Assembly (NCBI GenBank): GCA_037134355.1
Contig: JBAXMJ010000001.1
Coordinates: 16,951 to 80,950, forward strand
Source: a bacterium
GTDB lineage: Bacteria; Verrucomicrobiota; Kiritimatiellia; CAIKKV01; CAITUY01
Direction: 5' to 3'
Length of the DNA: 64,000 bases
Numbering within the stretch: the first letter of the stretch is position 1; the number at the start of each line of letters is the position of its first letter. The notes under the pieces were generated by a model, which searched no databases, was not told the DNA's origin, and saw only the letters and a list, made by a program, of their open reading frames with translations. Both the position numbers and the translations under genes were made by a program. Of this stretch, positions 17,754 to 26,102 are shown piece by piece.

Positions 17754-18614
17754 ATGAAAACCGCTTCCTTCCCCCAAGATATCACAGAAATCGGCATTCT
17801 AGCTGGAAAGGGTGACTACCCGATCCAACTCGCCCAATCAGCCCGGGCACAGGGGGTAAAGAAAATCTTCGTGATCGCCTTCCGGCATGAAACCGATCGC
17901 GCTATCACCCGCTATGCCGATGAAGTTCAATGGCTTTATCTCGGCCAGTTCGGAGCCGTTCGCGATGCCTTTCAGTCACGGGGCATCAAAGTGGCCGTCA
18001 TGGCAGGCCAGATCACCCCGACTCACCTCTTCAGCCTTCGTTTCGACAAATTCACGCTGGATCTTCTCTCCCGATTGAAACAACGTAACGCGCACACCAT
18101 TTACGGAACCGCCTGTGATGAACTGAAGGCTGTTGGTGTTGAATTGCTCCCCGCCTGTCTGTTCATGGAAAACGCCATGCCCGAGGCGGGCTTGATCGGT
18201 GGACGCCCGCCAACGGAATCAGAAATGGCCGACATCCGGTTCGGCCTTGATGTGGCCAAAATCACCAGCGGTATTGATATCGGGCAAACCGTGGTGGTCA
18301 AGGGTGGAACTATCCTCGCTGTGGAAGCTTATGAGGGAACCGATGACACCATTCTCAGGGCCGGTCGCCTCGTCAAAGGAGGCGGCGCTATCGTCGTCAA
18401 GGTCGCTAAGAAAGGCCATGACATGCGGTTCGATATCCCGATTGTCGGAATGCGTACCATGAAGATTCTGCGCAAAAGCAAAACCGCCGTCCTGGCGGTA
18501 GAAGCCAAGCGCACCATTCTTCTGGATCGCGTCAAACTGATTGCCGAAGCCAACCGGCTGGGAATCTGTCTCATTGCCATGAACACCGAGGACTCCACCG
18601 CGGGGGCTTCATGA
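17754..18614 (+). CDS. lpxI: UDP-2,3-diacylglucosamine diphosphatase LpxI (DUF1009)
   Basis: LpxI-like N-terminus 'IGILAGKGDYP', 'DIGQTVVVKGGTILAVEAYEGTDDTILR'; located upstream of lpxB. Confidence 0.7.
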   Translation: MKTASFPQDITEIGILAGKGDYPIQLAQSARAQGVKKIFVIAFRHETDRAITRYADEVQWLYLGQFGAVRDAFQSRGIKVAVMAGQITPTHLFSLRFDKFTLDLLSRLKQRNAHTIYGTACDELKAVGVELLPACLFMENAMPEAGLIGGRPPTESEMADIRFGLDVAKITSGIDIGQTVVVKGGTILAVEAYEGTDDTILRAGRLVKGGGAIVVKVAKKGHDMRFDIPIVGMRTMKILRKSKTAVLAVEAKRTILLDRVKLIAEANRLGICLIAMNTEDSTAGAS

Positions 18615-19759
18615 GCCGTCCCCGCGAACTGCTCGTCATTGCCGGCGAAATTTCCGGTGACATGCACGCCGCCGGATTGATCCAGGAACTCAAAAAGCTT
18701 GATCCTTCCATCCAGTATTACGGAATCGGGGGCCCTCGACTCAGAGCTGAAGGAGTTGAAACTTTTCATGATGTCCGCGAGATGGGAGTGATGGGCTTTG
18801 TGGAAGTTCTGAAGCGTATTGTATTTTTCAGGCGCGTCTTCCAGGAAATGGAAGCCCTGGCCCGGAACCGGAAGCCTGATGCGGTGCTCCTTGTTGACTA
18901 TCCGGGATTCAACCTCCGATTTGCCGCCAGCGCCCATGCCATGGGGATCAAGGTGATCTATTACATCTGTCCCCAGGTTTGGGCCTGGAACCGCGGACGC
19001 ATCCCGAAAATGGCGGCCGTGGTGGATCGCTTGATGGCCATTTTCCCGTTTGAGCCGAAAGTCTTCGAGAGAACAACTCTGAAGGTTGATTTCGTGGGTC
19101 ATCCCCTGGTCACCGAGATTCAGGAAATACTTCACGCCCCCCTCACGTCGTTGCCTTGGCAAGGGGATCCGAAAATTGGAATGCTTCCCGGAAGCCGTCA
19201 CACTGAAATCGACCGCATGTTGCCTGCGTTCTGTGCTGCGGCAAAACGTGTGGAGCAACACTTTCCAAACGCCTCATTCATTATTCCTGCCCCCACCCCC
19301 GAAATTGAAACCCATATCCGGAAACTCCTGAAATCGTTGCGGGAGGTTCCCCGCCACATCTCAATCGTACAGGGTGAAGCCAGGCAAGTTTTCCGGCAAA
19401 GTCGGGCGGCCTTGGTAAAATCGGGAACTGCCACCATGGAATCCGCCCTGGCCGGATGTCCCACGGTCATCGCCTACATCGTCTCTCCAATCACCTGCTG
19501 GATCGGCCGGAAGCTGGCCACCGTCAAGTTCATGGGAATCGTGAACATCATCGCCAACCGGCGGATATGTCCTGAGTTCCTTCAGGAACAAGCCGCACCG
19601 GAAGCCCTCGCCGAGGCTCTGATCCCGCTGCTGACGGACACCCCGGAGCGTGCGGCTATGCTGAAGGGCTATGATGAGGTTCGCGAAATGCTCGGCAATG
19701 GCGGAGCCGCTGAGCGCGCGGCCCGAGTCGTCCATGAAGAACTCGCCTGTTGCCCCTGA
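18611..19759 (+). CDS. lpxB: Lipid-A-disaccharide synthase
   Basis: 'LVIAGEISGDMHAAGLI' N-terminus, GT19. Confidence 0.85.
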   Translation: MSRPRELLVIAGEISGDMHAAGLIQELKKLDPSIQYYGIGGPRLRAEGVETFHDVREMGVMGFVEVLKRIVFFRRVFQEMEALARNRKPDAVLLVDYPGFNLRFAASAHAMGIKVIYYICPQVWAWNRGRIPKMAAVVDRLMAIFPFEPKVFERTTLKVDFVGHPLVTEIQEILHAPLTSLPWQGDPKIGMLPGSRHTEIDRMLPAFCAAAKRVEQHFPNASFIIPAPTPEIETHIRKLLKSLREVPRHISIVQGEARQVFRQSRAALVKSGTATMESALAGCPTVIAYIVSPITCWIGRKLATVKFMGIVNIIANRRICPEFLQEQAAPEALAEALIPLLTDTPERAAMLKGYDEVREMLGNGGAAERAARVVHEELACCP

Positions 19760-19762
19760 TTA

Positions 19763-20431
19763 TCAGGCTTGCCAGATCTCAATTGAAATCGCATTACGCA
19801 GCGCCAAGCCAGCCACAACCTGAGCCGGAGACTCGATCAGCTGCGTGACAATGGCTTTCTTTTCAGGACCCGCAACCAGGATGACCAACCGTTCTACCCG
19901 GCGCAACAGTTCGGGCGTAACCGAGATACGGTCCGGTTTAGGTTCATGGGGAACCGCCACCGCATAGAGGTTTTCGCCCCTGGCCACATCCTCAGGAGTG
20001 AACAGAGACGCTGTATGGCCATCCGCCCCGAGCCCCAGCAGCCCAAACGTGATACGTCCATTGCCATTCATGAAACGGCGAAGCTCCTCGTGATACCGGG
20101 TGGACGCAGCCTGCCACGCCAGCTCTGTGTGGACCCGGAACACCCGCGATTCAGGAAGGCTCAATTGCTTCAGAAGAGGAATGGTTGCGCCGTAATTGCT
20201 GTCGGTCGAGCCGGCGGGCACATATCGCTCGTCGGAGTAAAGTAGCCGTACCGAGTCCGAGGCCTTTCTTTGCCGCCGGCACAGTTCCTGGTAGACCCGA
20301 ACCGGGGTTGTTCCCCCGGAGAGCATGACGGCAACGGGTCCTGTCTCCATAAGATGGCGTTCCAGATGATCAGCCGTTTCCTGCGCCAAGGCCTCCGCCG
20401 AGGCAAAATGCCGGAGCGTGTACCGGGTCAC
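19763..20431 (-). CDS. pgl: 6-phosphogluconolactonase
   Basis: 'VMLSGGTTP' motif; overlaps the zwf stop. Confidence 0.8.
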   Translation of the reverse strand: MTRYTLRHFASAEALAQETADHLERHLMETGPVAVMLSGGTTPVRVYQELCRRQRKASDSVRLLYSDERYVPAGSTDSNYGATIPLLKQLSLPESRVFRVHTELAWQAASTRYHEELRRFMNGNGRITFGLLGLGADGHTASLFTPEDVARGENLYAVAVPHEPKPDRISVTPELLRRVERLVILVAGPEKKAIVTQLIESPAQVVAGLALRNAISIEIWQA

Positions 20432-21906
20432 GATGACTTCCCCTGCTGAAACCCGTATCGCCGGGCCAGCCTGCGCCCCGCTTCAGGGCCGGCGCTTCCA
20501 TAGGGATAGGACTCGGGGACGGTTTTCCGGGATTCGAGCTCGTGAAGGACGGGAGTGAAAATATCCCAGGCCGCCGCCAACTCGTCGGCCCTTATGAAAA
20601 GGTTGCGATCCCCCTCTATCACATCAAGCAGGAGGCATTCATAGGCATCTGGAATCAACACATTAAACGCCGACTGGTAGCGAAGGTTGAGTTCGGTCCG
20701 GGCGAGTTCCAACCCCAGCCCCGGAACCTTATTCATGATCTTGAGTGTGATCGCCTCATCCGGCTGAATGCGGATCACCAACTCATTGGCCTCCACCCGC
20801 GCCTGCTGCCCTCCCCACAACTCACTTGGAACCTCATGAAACCGGATCCGGACCTCGTTGATACGTTCATCCAGCGCCTTACCAGCCTCAATCAGGAAAG
20901 GCACCCCTTCCCAGCGGGGATTATTGATTTTCAGGAGGGCGGCGGCATAAGTGGGCGACAGGGAACCGGGAGGAACCATAGGCTCCGCCGCATAGGCGGA
21001 TTGTCGTCCGGATTCCGAAGCGCCATACTGGCCGACCACAAGGTCGTCCAGAGACAACGGCTGGATCGCCTTGAGTAACTGTACCTTGGCGTCGCGAATT
21101 GCCCCCGCATCAAACTTCACGGGTCGTTCCATTGCCAGGAGCGACAGGATCTGCAACAAGTGATTCTGCATCACGTCCCGGATAATCCCGAACCCGTCAA
21201 AATAGCCCCCGCGCGGCCCCACACCAACCGGCTCGGCCCATTTAATGTGAACACTGTGGATCGTCCTCCGGTTCCAAAGCGGCTCGAAAATGAGATTGGC
21301 AAACCTTAGAACCAGGAGATTCTGGACAATTTCCTTTCCGAGATAATGATCGATCCGATAGGTCATGTCCTCGGTAAAAACCTTCTGCATTTCCTGAATC
21401 AGGATATCGGAGCTCTGCCGATCCCGCCCAAAAGGTTTCTCAATGACAATCCGGGACCATTCATCACGGTCTCCGCAGGCCACCAGCCCCGAATCACCCA
21501 ACGCCTGAGCCACATCCATAAAGACAGAAGGAGGAATGGCCATGTAAAAAATCCGGTTCACCGGCCCGTCGCCTTCCAGTTCGTGCATAAGTTGGAAGAG
21601 GTCCAGGAACGAGTCTGGCGAGGAATACTGCCCCTGGCAATAATAGCACCGGTTCAGAAACGCTTCCGTCCTGTCGGCGCAAGACGCTACTTCCGGGGTA
21701 TACCGGCAGGTTAGGTTTTCCGCGATCTTCCGGCGAAACCCCACGTGATCAAAATCGCTTCGGGCCAAACCGTAAAGATGAAAGTCTGCAGGAAGGTAAC
21801 CCTGGCAAAAAAGCGAAAATAGCGCGGGAATCACTTTCCTCTGGGCGAGATCTCCTGAGGCCCCGACCACAACGATCCCGAGCTTGTTTTTCAGGCTCAT
21901 GAGCAT
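20428..21906 (-). CDS. zwf: Glucose-6-phosphate 1-dehydrogenase
   Basis: 'VVGASGDLAQRK' NADP motif, 'DHYLGKE' active site. Confidence 0.9.
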   Translation of the reverse strand: MLMSLKNKLGIVVVGASGDLAQRKVIPALFSLFCQGYLPADFHLYGLARSDFDHVGFRRKIAENLTCRYTPEVASCADRTEAFLNRCYYCQGQYSSPDSFLDLFQLMHELEGDGPVNRIFYMAIPPSVFMDVAQALGDSGLVACGDRDEWSRIVIEKPFGRDRQSSDILIQEMQKVFTEDMTYRIDHYLGKEIVQNLLVLRFANLIFEPLWNRRTIHSVHIKWAEPVGVGPRGGYFDGFGIIRDVMQNHLLQILSLLAMERPVKFDAGAIRDAKVQLLKAIQPLSLDDLVVGQYGASESGRQSAYAAEPMVPPGSLSPTYAAALLKINNPRWEGVPFLIEAGKALDERINEVRIRFHEVPSELWGGQQARVEANELVIRIQPDEAITLKIMNKVPGLGLELARTELNLRYQSAFNVLIPDAYECLLLDVIEGDRNLFIRADELAAAWDIFTPVLHELESRKTVPESYPYGSAGPEAGRRLARRYGFQQGKSS

Positions 21907-22052
21907 ATTCCTTCAGGTTCCCCGACAACTCTTGCATCGGGCATCCGAACACCACTGACACATCCGGCAATCCGTACAGGGATGCTTTTTATCCCGGCAT
22001 TTCCCCTTTTTCAACTTCCCTGTCCCGAGGCAAGGCTTTGTCCCCTTATCTC

Positions 22053-23720
22053 TCATGGCCGGGTTGCCTCCCGCGTTGGCTTGAGAACGACATAGGAGGG
22101 AAGTCCCCTGACACCAAAAGTCTCAAGTGCTTCGCGGGTTGCCGGATCCGTCGACTTTTCCGCTTGGAATTTGACAACCAGATAATGGGAAAGACGTCCC
22201 TTCACCTTGGCATCCTTAAAGGTCGTCAACTCCATTGCCTCGCAATTTTTGCACCAGGTCGCCCAGAAATCTATTAAGACCGGCTTCCCGGATCCCGCCG
22301 ATTCGCGAAGAATATCCGTCCACCGGTCATGATCCGATGCGGTGATTTGATAAACGCCCACACCGGCCTGTTGAGACACCTGTGCTCCCCGCAAACCCTG
22401 ATAGGCCAGGGAAAAATAATACACCGCAAACAACAGGATGAACACACCGAACCCTTTCTTGATCCAAGTCATCCAATTACCCGGTTTGGGAAGAAAGGTG
22501 AGCCCGGCGCCCGCCAACGGCCAGGGCAAGGCCATCCCAAGCCCCAAAATAAAGGGAAGCGCTAACCCGATCCCGGCCCCATGGGAATACAGATTGCCGG
22601 ACAGCAACAGCACCGCAATCACCACGGGGGCCACACAGGCACCGGCAAGAAGGGCGGCCACCCCGCCCATGATGAAGGCGGCAGCCACCCGGCCCTGCCC
22701 TGGACTCCCCGACCCGGTTCCAACACTCTGGAATCGGGTAAAATCAATCGTGAAGACATCAAACATTGCCAGGGCCAACGCCACAAAGATGATCCCAATT
22801 ACCCCATTGAACCACGGCATCGAATTGAGTGCCCCGAACTGGGAGCCGGTCAACACAACCACAAGACCCAATACTCCATACACGAGGGCAATTCCGAGAC
22901 CATAACACGAACCCAACAGCAGTCCCCGCGCGCGAGTGCTGTTCTGCGCCCCAACCCCCAGAATAGCGAGATTGATCGGAATCATTGGCAAAACACAGGG
23001 GGTAAGATTCAAGAGGAGTCCCCCAATGACAATCAAAAGAATAGTCCACCAAGCCCCATGAATCTTCAAGAACTCGACGGGGTTAATTCCGAAAAGAAGA
23101 AAGCCAGCCTTGATCCTGGACGCCCACGTCGTCCGCCCCGGTATTCCAGAAACATCCTTTCCCTCGGCACGATCCAGAAATACCAGGAAGTCAGAAGCGC
23201 CCATATAACCGGAAGCTCGCGCTGAAATGACCGGGGTTCCCGTCATTCCTATCCAGCCGGAAGTGCGTTCGGCGATGCGTTCCCCGCCCCCCTTTACTAT
23301 CGCTTCAGCCGGTTCCAAGCCCACAGTCCGGAGTGTGTAAAAAAGGGTTTTCGGGAAAAAGCATTCCTGTTCATTGCAGCCCTGATATGAAAATTTCACT
23401 ACCGAACGCCCGGGAGTCGGAACTCCGGCATTGTAGATCAATTTGACATCCCGACTGAACGCAGGTCGTTCGGAATCACTCAAGGAATCATGGATCGTAA
23501 CAGGACTATCCCCGCCCACTTGGCGTAAACGAGCACCCCCCTCCAGACTGGCCTCAACCTGATCGGCATATACGTGATGTCCCGAGGGAACCGAAACTGA
23601 AACCGATACCAGAACATTTGAACCCTCAGTAGCTTGGCTAAACGCAATACGAAAAGGATCCGCCGCATACGCTGAAACGACACCCGCCAAGGCCAACAGC
23701 CCTATGATTAGCTTTTTCAT
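22053..23720 (-). CDS. dsbD: Thiol:disulfide interchange protein DsbD-like (TM core plus C-terminal thioredoxin domain)
   Basis: Signal peptide, multiple TM helices with Cys, C-terminal 'WATWCKNC'. Confidence 0.75.
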   Translation of the reverse strand: MKKLIIGLLALAGVVSAYAADPFRIAFSQATEGSNVLVSVSVSVPSGHHVYADQVEASLEGGARLRQVGGDSPVTIHDSLSDSERPAFSRDVKLIYNAGVPTPGRSVVKFSYQGCNEQECFFPKTLFYTLRTVGLEPAEAIVKGGGERIAERTSGWIGMTGTPVISARASGYMGASDFLVFLDRAEGKDVSGIPGRTTWASRIKAGFLLFGINPVEFLKIHGAWWTILLIVIGGLLLNLTPCVLPMIPINLAILGVGAQNSTRARGLLLGSCYGLGIALVYGVLGLVVVLTGSQFGALNSMPWFNGVIGIIFVALALAMFDVFTIDFTRFQSVGTGSGSPGQGRVAAAFIMGGVAALLAGACVAPVVIAVLLLSGNLYSHGAGIGLALPFILGLGMALPWPLAGAGLTFLPKPGNWMTWIKKGFGVFILLFAVYYFSLAYQGLRGAQVSQQAGVGVYQITASDHDRWTDILRESAGSGKPVLIDFWATWCKNCEAMELTTFKDAKVKGRLSHYLVVKFQAEKSTDPATREALETFGVRGLPSYVVLKPTREATRP

Positions 23721-24073
23721 GCTGCGGACCGCTTCGGCCAATTTTTGACGAGGTTCACCACTTCCAGAACATAGGCGCACTCACATTGGGCCGGACAGGG
23801 AGCAAGATTGCTTTGATGCAGGCATTGCCCCGAACATTTAGCAGAGCCTTCACGCCGCTCCTGAAAGATTGTTCCGTTGTAGAGATCGAGAAATTCCGCG
23901 GCCTGAATCGACATTGTTGTAAAACATTTATTCTCAAGGTGATTAAAGAGAAAAAAACCTTCCCTTAAATGCTCGAAATTGACTTGATAGCCAACAATAC
24001 TGATGTTTGGATCCCCCAGAAAATCCTCCCTGGTCTTCCACGAAAACCCACATGTGCAATCTCGAAAATTCAT
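23717..24073 (-). CDS. Hypothetical Cys-rich protein
   Basis: About 118 aa from MNFRDCTCGF...; several CxxC-like pairs (CSGQC, CPAQCEC). Sits between the ferritin and dsbD genes. Confidence 0.35.
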   Translation of the reverse strand: MNFRDCTCGFSWKTREDFLGDPNISIVGYQVNFEHLREGFFLFNHLENKCFTTMSIQAAEFLDLYNGTIFQERREGSAKCSGQCLHQSNLAPCPAQCECAYVLEVVNLVKNWPKRSAA

Positions 24074-24146
24074 TATCTCGCTCCTGCCCCTAAAAACAGT
24101 GCGGGCGGCCGGGGCCGCCCACACCGCCCCCATCATTCCGCGACGT

Positions 24147-24659
24147 TTATGACGCGGCTCCCCGCTTCCCCAACTGCTTATCAATCATCAACAGCGTCCC
24201 CGTTGAACTTCCCGCCATCCGAAGCATCGAGAGAATATCGATATCATTCGATTCTTCTTCAATCTGTTCTGTGATGTACCATTGCACCAGTGACTGGGTG
24301 GCATAATCCTTCCCAGCCACGGCAACATCCATCAGTTCGTTCAATGACTTCGTGATGAACTGCTCATGCTTGAGCGTAGACTCATACATCTCAAGGAGAG
24401 ACTTCCACGTCCACTTCGGCTTTTTGATCTCATTCAAGGTAACTCCCGCCCCCTGACTCTGGAGATAATCATAAAACTTCAGGGCGTGCCCCTGTTCCTC
24501 CTGGAACTGAACGCGAAACCACTTTCCTGCCCCCTTATAACCCTTAGCGGTCGCATCGGCGGACATCGCGAGGTACAAATAAGCTGAATAGAGTTCCCGG
24601 TTGAGCTGCTCGTTAATTGCCTTTTCAATTTTTTTAGTGATCATTGTCAGACCTTCCAT
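24147..24659 (-). CDS. ftnA: Non-heme bacterial ferritin
   Basis: Ferritin diiron ligand pattern 'ELYSAYLYLAMS...EEQGHALKF...QWYITEQIEEE'. Confidence 0.8.
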   Translation of the reverse strand: MEGLTMITKKIEKAINEQLNRELYSAYLYLAMSADATAKGYKGAGKWFRVQFQEEQGHALKFYDYLQSQGAGVTLNEIKKPKWTWKSLLEMYESTLKHEQFITKSLNELMDVAVAGKDYATQSLVQWYITEQIEEESNDIDILSMLRMAGSSTGTLLMIDKQLGKRGAAS

Positions 24660-25024
24660 AAACCATGCAGATTACAAAACTCGCGTACAACTACTGTCGT
24701 AGCCTTGACGCCCTCAAAAACGGCAATGGCAGGCTGCCCGGGCTTCAAATACTGGCGCAACACGGTGTCACCAGCAATCAATTCAATCCACTCTATGAAA
24801 TGCTTCTCTTCCATCGGATGCGGCACGCTGCCTACAGTCACCTTGAACCCGTTGGTCAGGCGCTCCACCACAGGAATATGCTTCTCCTTAGAGGCATCCA
24901 CAGTGTTTTCCGAAAGTCGCTTCATCTCAGCCCCGCAACACACCAGTGTGCCGCCAGAAGCGTGCACCACTTCAACAATATTGCCGCATACTTCGCACTT
25001 ATAAATTTCCGACCTGTTTGTCAT
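24647..25024 (-). CDS. dfx: Desulfoferrodoxin (2Fe superoxide reductase)
   Basis: N-terminal desulforedoxin 'CEVCGNIVEV...LVCCG' plus center-II domain with His and Cys ligands. Confidence 0.85.
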   Translation of the reverse strand: MTNRSEIYKCEVCGNIVEVVHASGGTLVCCGAEMKRLSENTVDASKEKHIPVVERLTNGFKVTVGSVPHPMEEKHFIEWIELIAGDTVLRQYLKPGQPAIAVFEGVKATTVVVREFCNLHGLWKV

Positions 25025-25061
25025 GCCCTTACTCCTTAATTATTGCTTTACCAACGCCCCG

Positions 25062-25217
25062 TCACTGGGGAGAAAAATCATCCTTGCCCACACCACAGTC
25101 CGGACAGGCCCAATCCGCCGGGATATCTTCAAACGAAGTTCCCGGCGCGATTCCATGGTCCGGATCACCTATTTTCGGATCGTATACATATCCACACACA
25201 TTACACACAAACTTCAT
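25062..25217 (-). CDS. rub: Rubredoxin (51 aa); not in the ORF track because it is shorter than 60 aa
   Basis: My own translation: [51 protein letters not shown], with canonical CxxCG...CPxCG pairs. Confidence 0.85.
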   Translation of the reverse strand: MKFVCNVCGYVYDPKIGDPDHGIAPGTSFEDIPADWACPDCGVGKDDFSPQ

Positions 25218-25255
25218 TCCCGCATCCTCCACCATTATTTATTCGTTTATCCGTG

Positions 25256-25711
25256 CTATTTTTTCCCGACCAAAGATTTTACATGTTTGACATACGCCTC
25301 AGCCCCACCAGGCATATACCCGGTCCGGGCCAATTCTTTTCCCTGCCCATTCAGGAGTAGAACCGTCGGAAACCCCTGAACATCAAACTTCTCAGCCAGC
25401 AGGTCGTTCTGCTTTTTGACATCCTCCGGAAGTTTTGATTTCCGGGGAAAATCTACCAGAAGCAACACAAGATCAGTCTTGGCGTAGGCCTTAAACTCTT
25501 CTTTTGAAAACACTTCCTTGTCCAGTTTGATACACCATCCACACCAGTCTGACCCCGAGAAATCAACCAGGATGGGAACTTGTCGCTTAACGGCTTCCGT
25601 CTTGGCCGCCTCCAGAGACGTCAACCACCCGTCACCACCCGCCAGTGATGGAACAGTCAACGCGCAGATCAACGCCACACCCGAAACAAATCCATTAACC
25701 TTCATTGTCAT
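25256..25711 (-). CDS. Secreted thioredoxin-family protein
   Basis: Signal peptide plus 'WCGWC' active site. Confidence 0.75.
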   Translation of the reverse strand: MTMKVNGFVSGVALICALTVPSLAGGDGWLTSLEAAKTEAVKRQVPILVDFSGSDWCGWCIKLDKEVFSKEEFKAYAKTDLVLLLVDFPRKSKLPEDVKKQNDLLAEKFDVQGFPTVLLLNGQGKELARTGYMPGGAEAYVKHVKSLVGKK

Positions 25712-25716
25712 ACTCC

Positions 25717-25929
25717 TTAATTAAACCTTTTTTGAGGCCTTGCCAAATGGGCTGCAAACTCACGCTCCGCTTCAGCCCGTATACGGTATCCACAATCCTT
25801 CGCCAAGCCAAATAACCCGACACAATTTTCGTCTACGCACTCGGCGTGACCGGTATCAGCCACCTCAATGAGATTGGCCGCAACATCGAGTAACCGCCTC
25901 ACATTTTTATTATTATCATGCATTCTCAT
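25717..25929 (-). CDS. Small hypothetical Cys-containing protein; first gene after the sigma-54 promoter
   Basis: 70 aa; GGAG RBS 6 nt upstream; 'HAECVDENC..C'. Confidence 0.35.
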   Translation of the reverse strand: MRMHDNNKNVRRLLDVAANLIEVADTGHAECVDENCVGLFGLAKDCGYRIRAEAEREFAAHLARPQKRFN

Positions 25930-25959
25930 CTCCGTTATAAGCCGTGCTAGTTACCTCAG

Positions 25960-25975
25960 TGCAAGAGTTGTGCCA
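25960..25975 (-). promoter_or_regulatory. Sigma-54 (RpoN) -24/-12 promoter: minus strand reads TGGCACaactcTTGCA
   Basis: Perfect match to TGGCAC-N5-TTGCW, about 30 nt upstream of the 25929 ORF and 128 nt downstream of the bEBP gene on the same strand. Confidence 0.7.
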
Positions 25976-26102
25976 GAACGAATAAAAGACTTCTTAAAAA
26001 TCCATAACCTGCACGGAGAAAACAGGTTGTGAGTTTATCGGTCCGTTTTGGATCCCACAGTCGAGTGTCTCACAGTGTCGCCTGGCTGTATCAGGAGACG
26101 AC

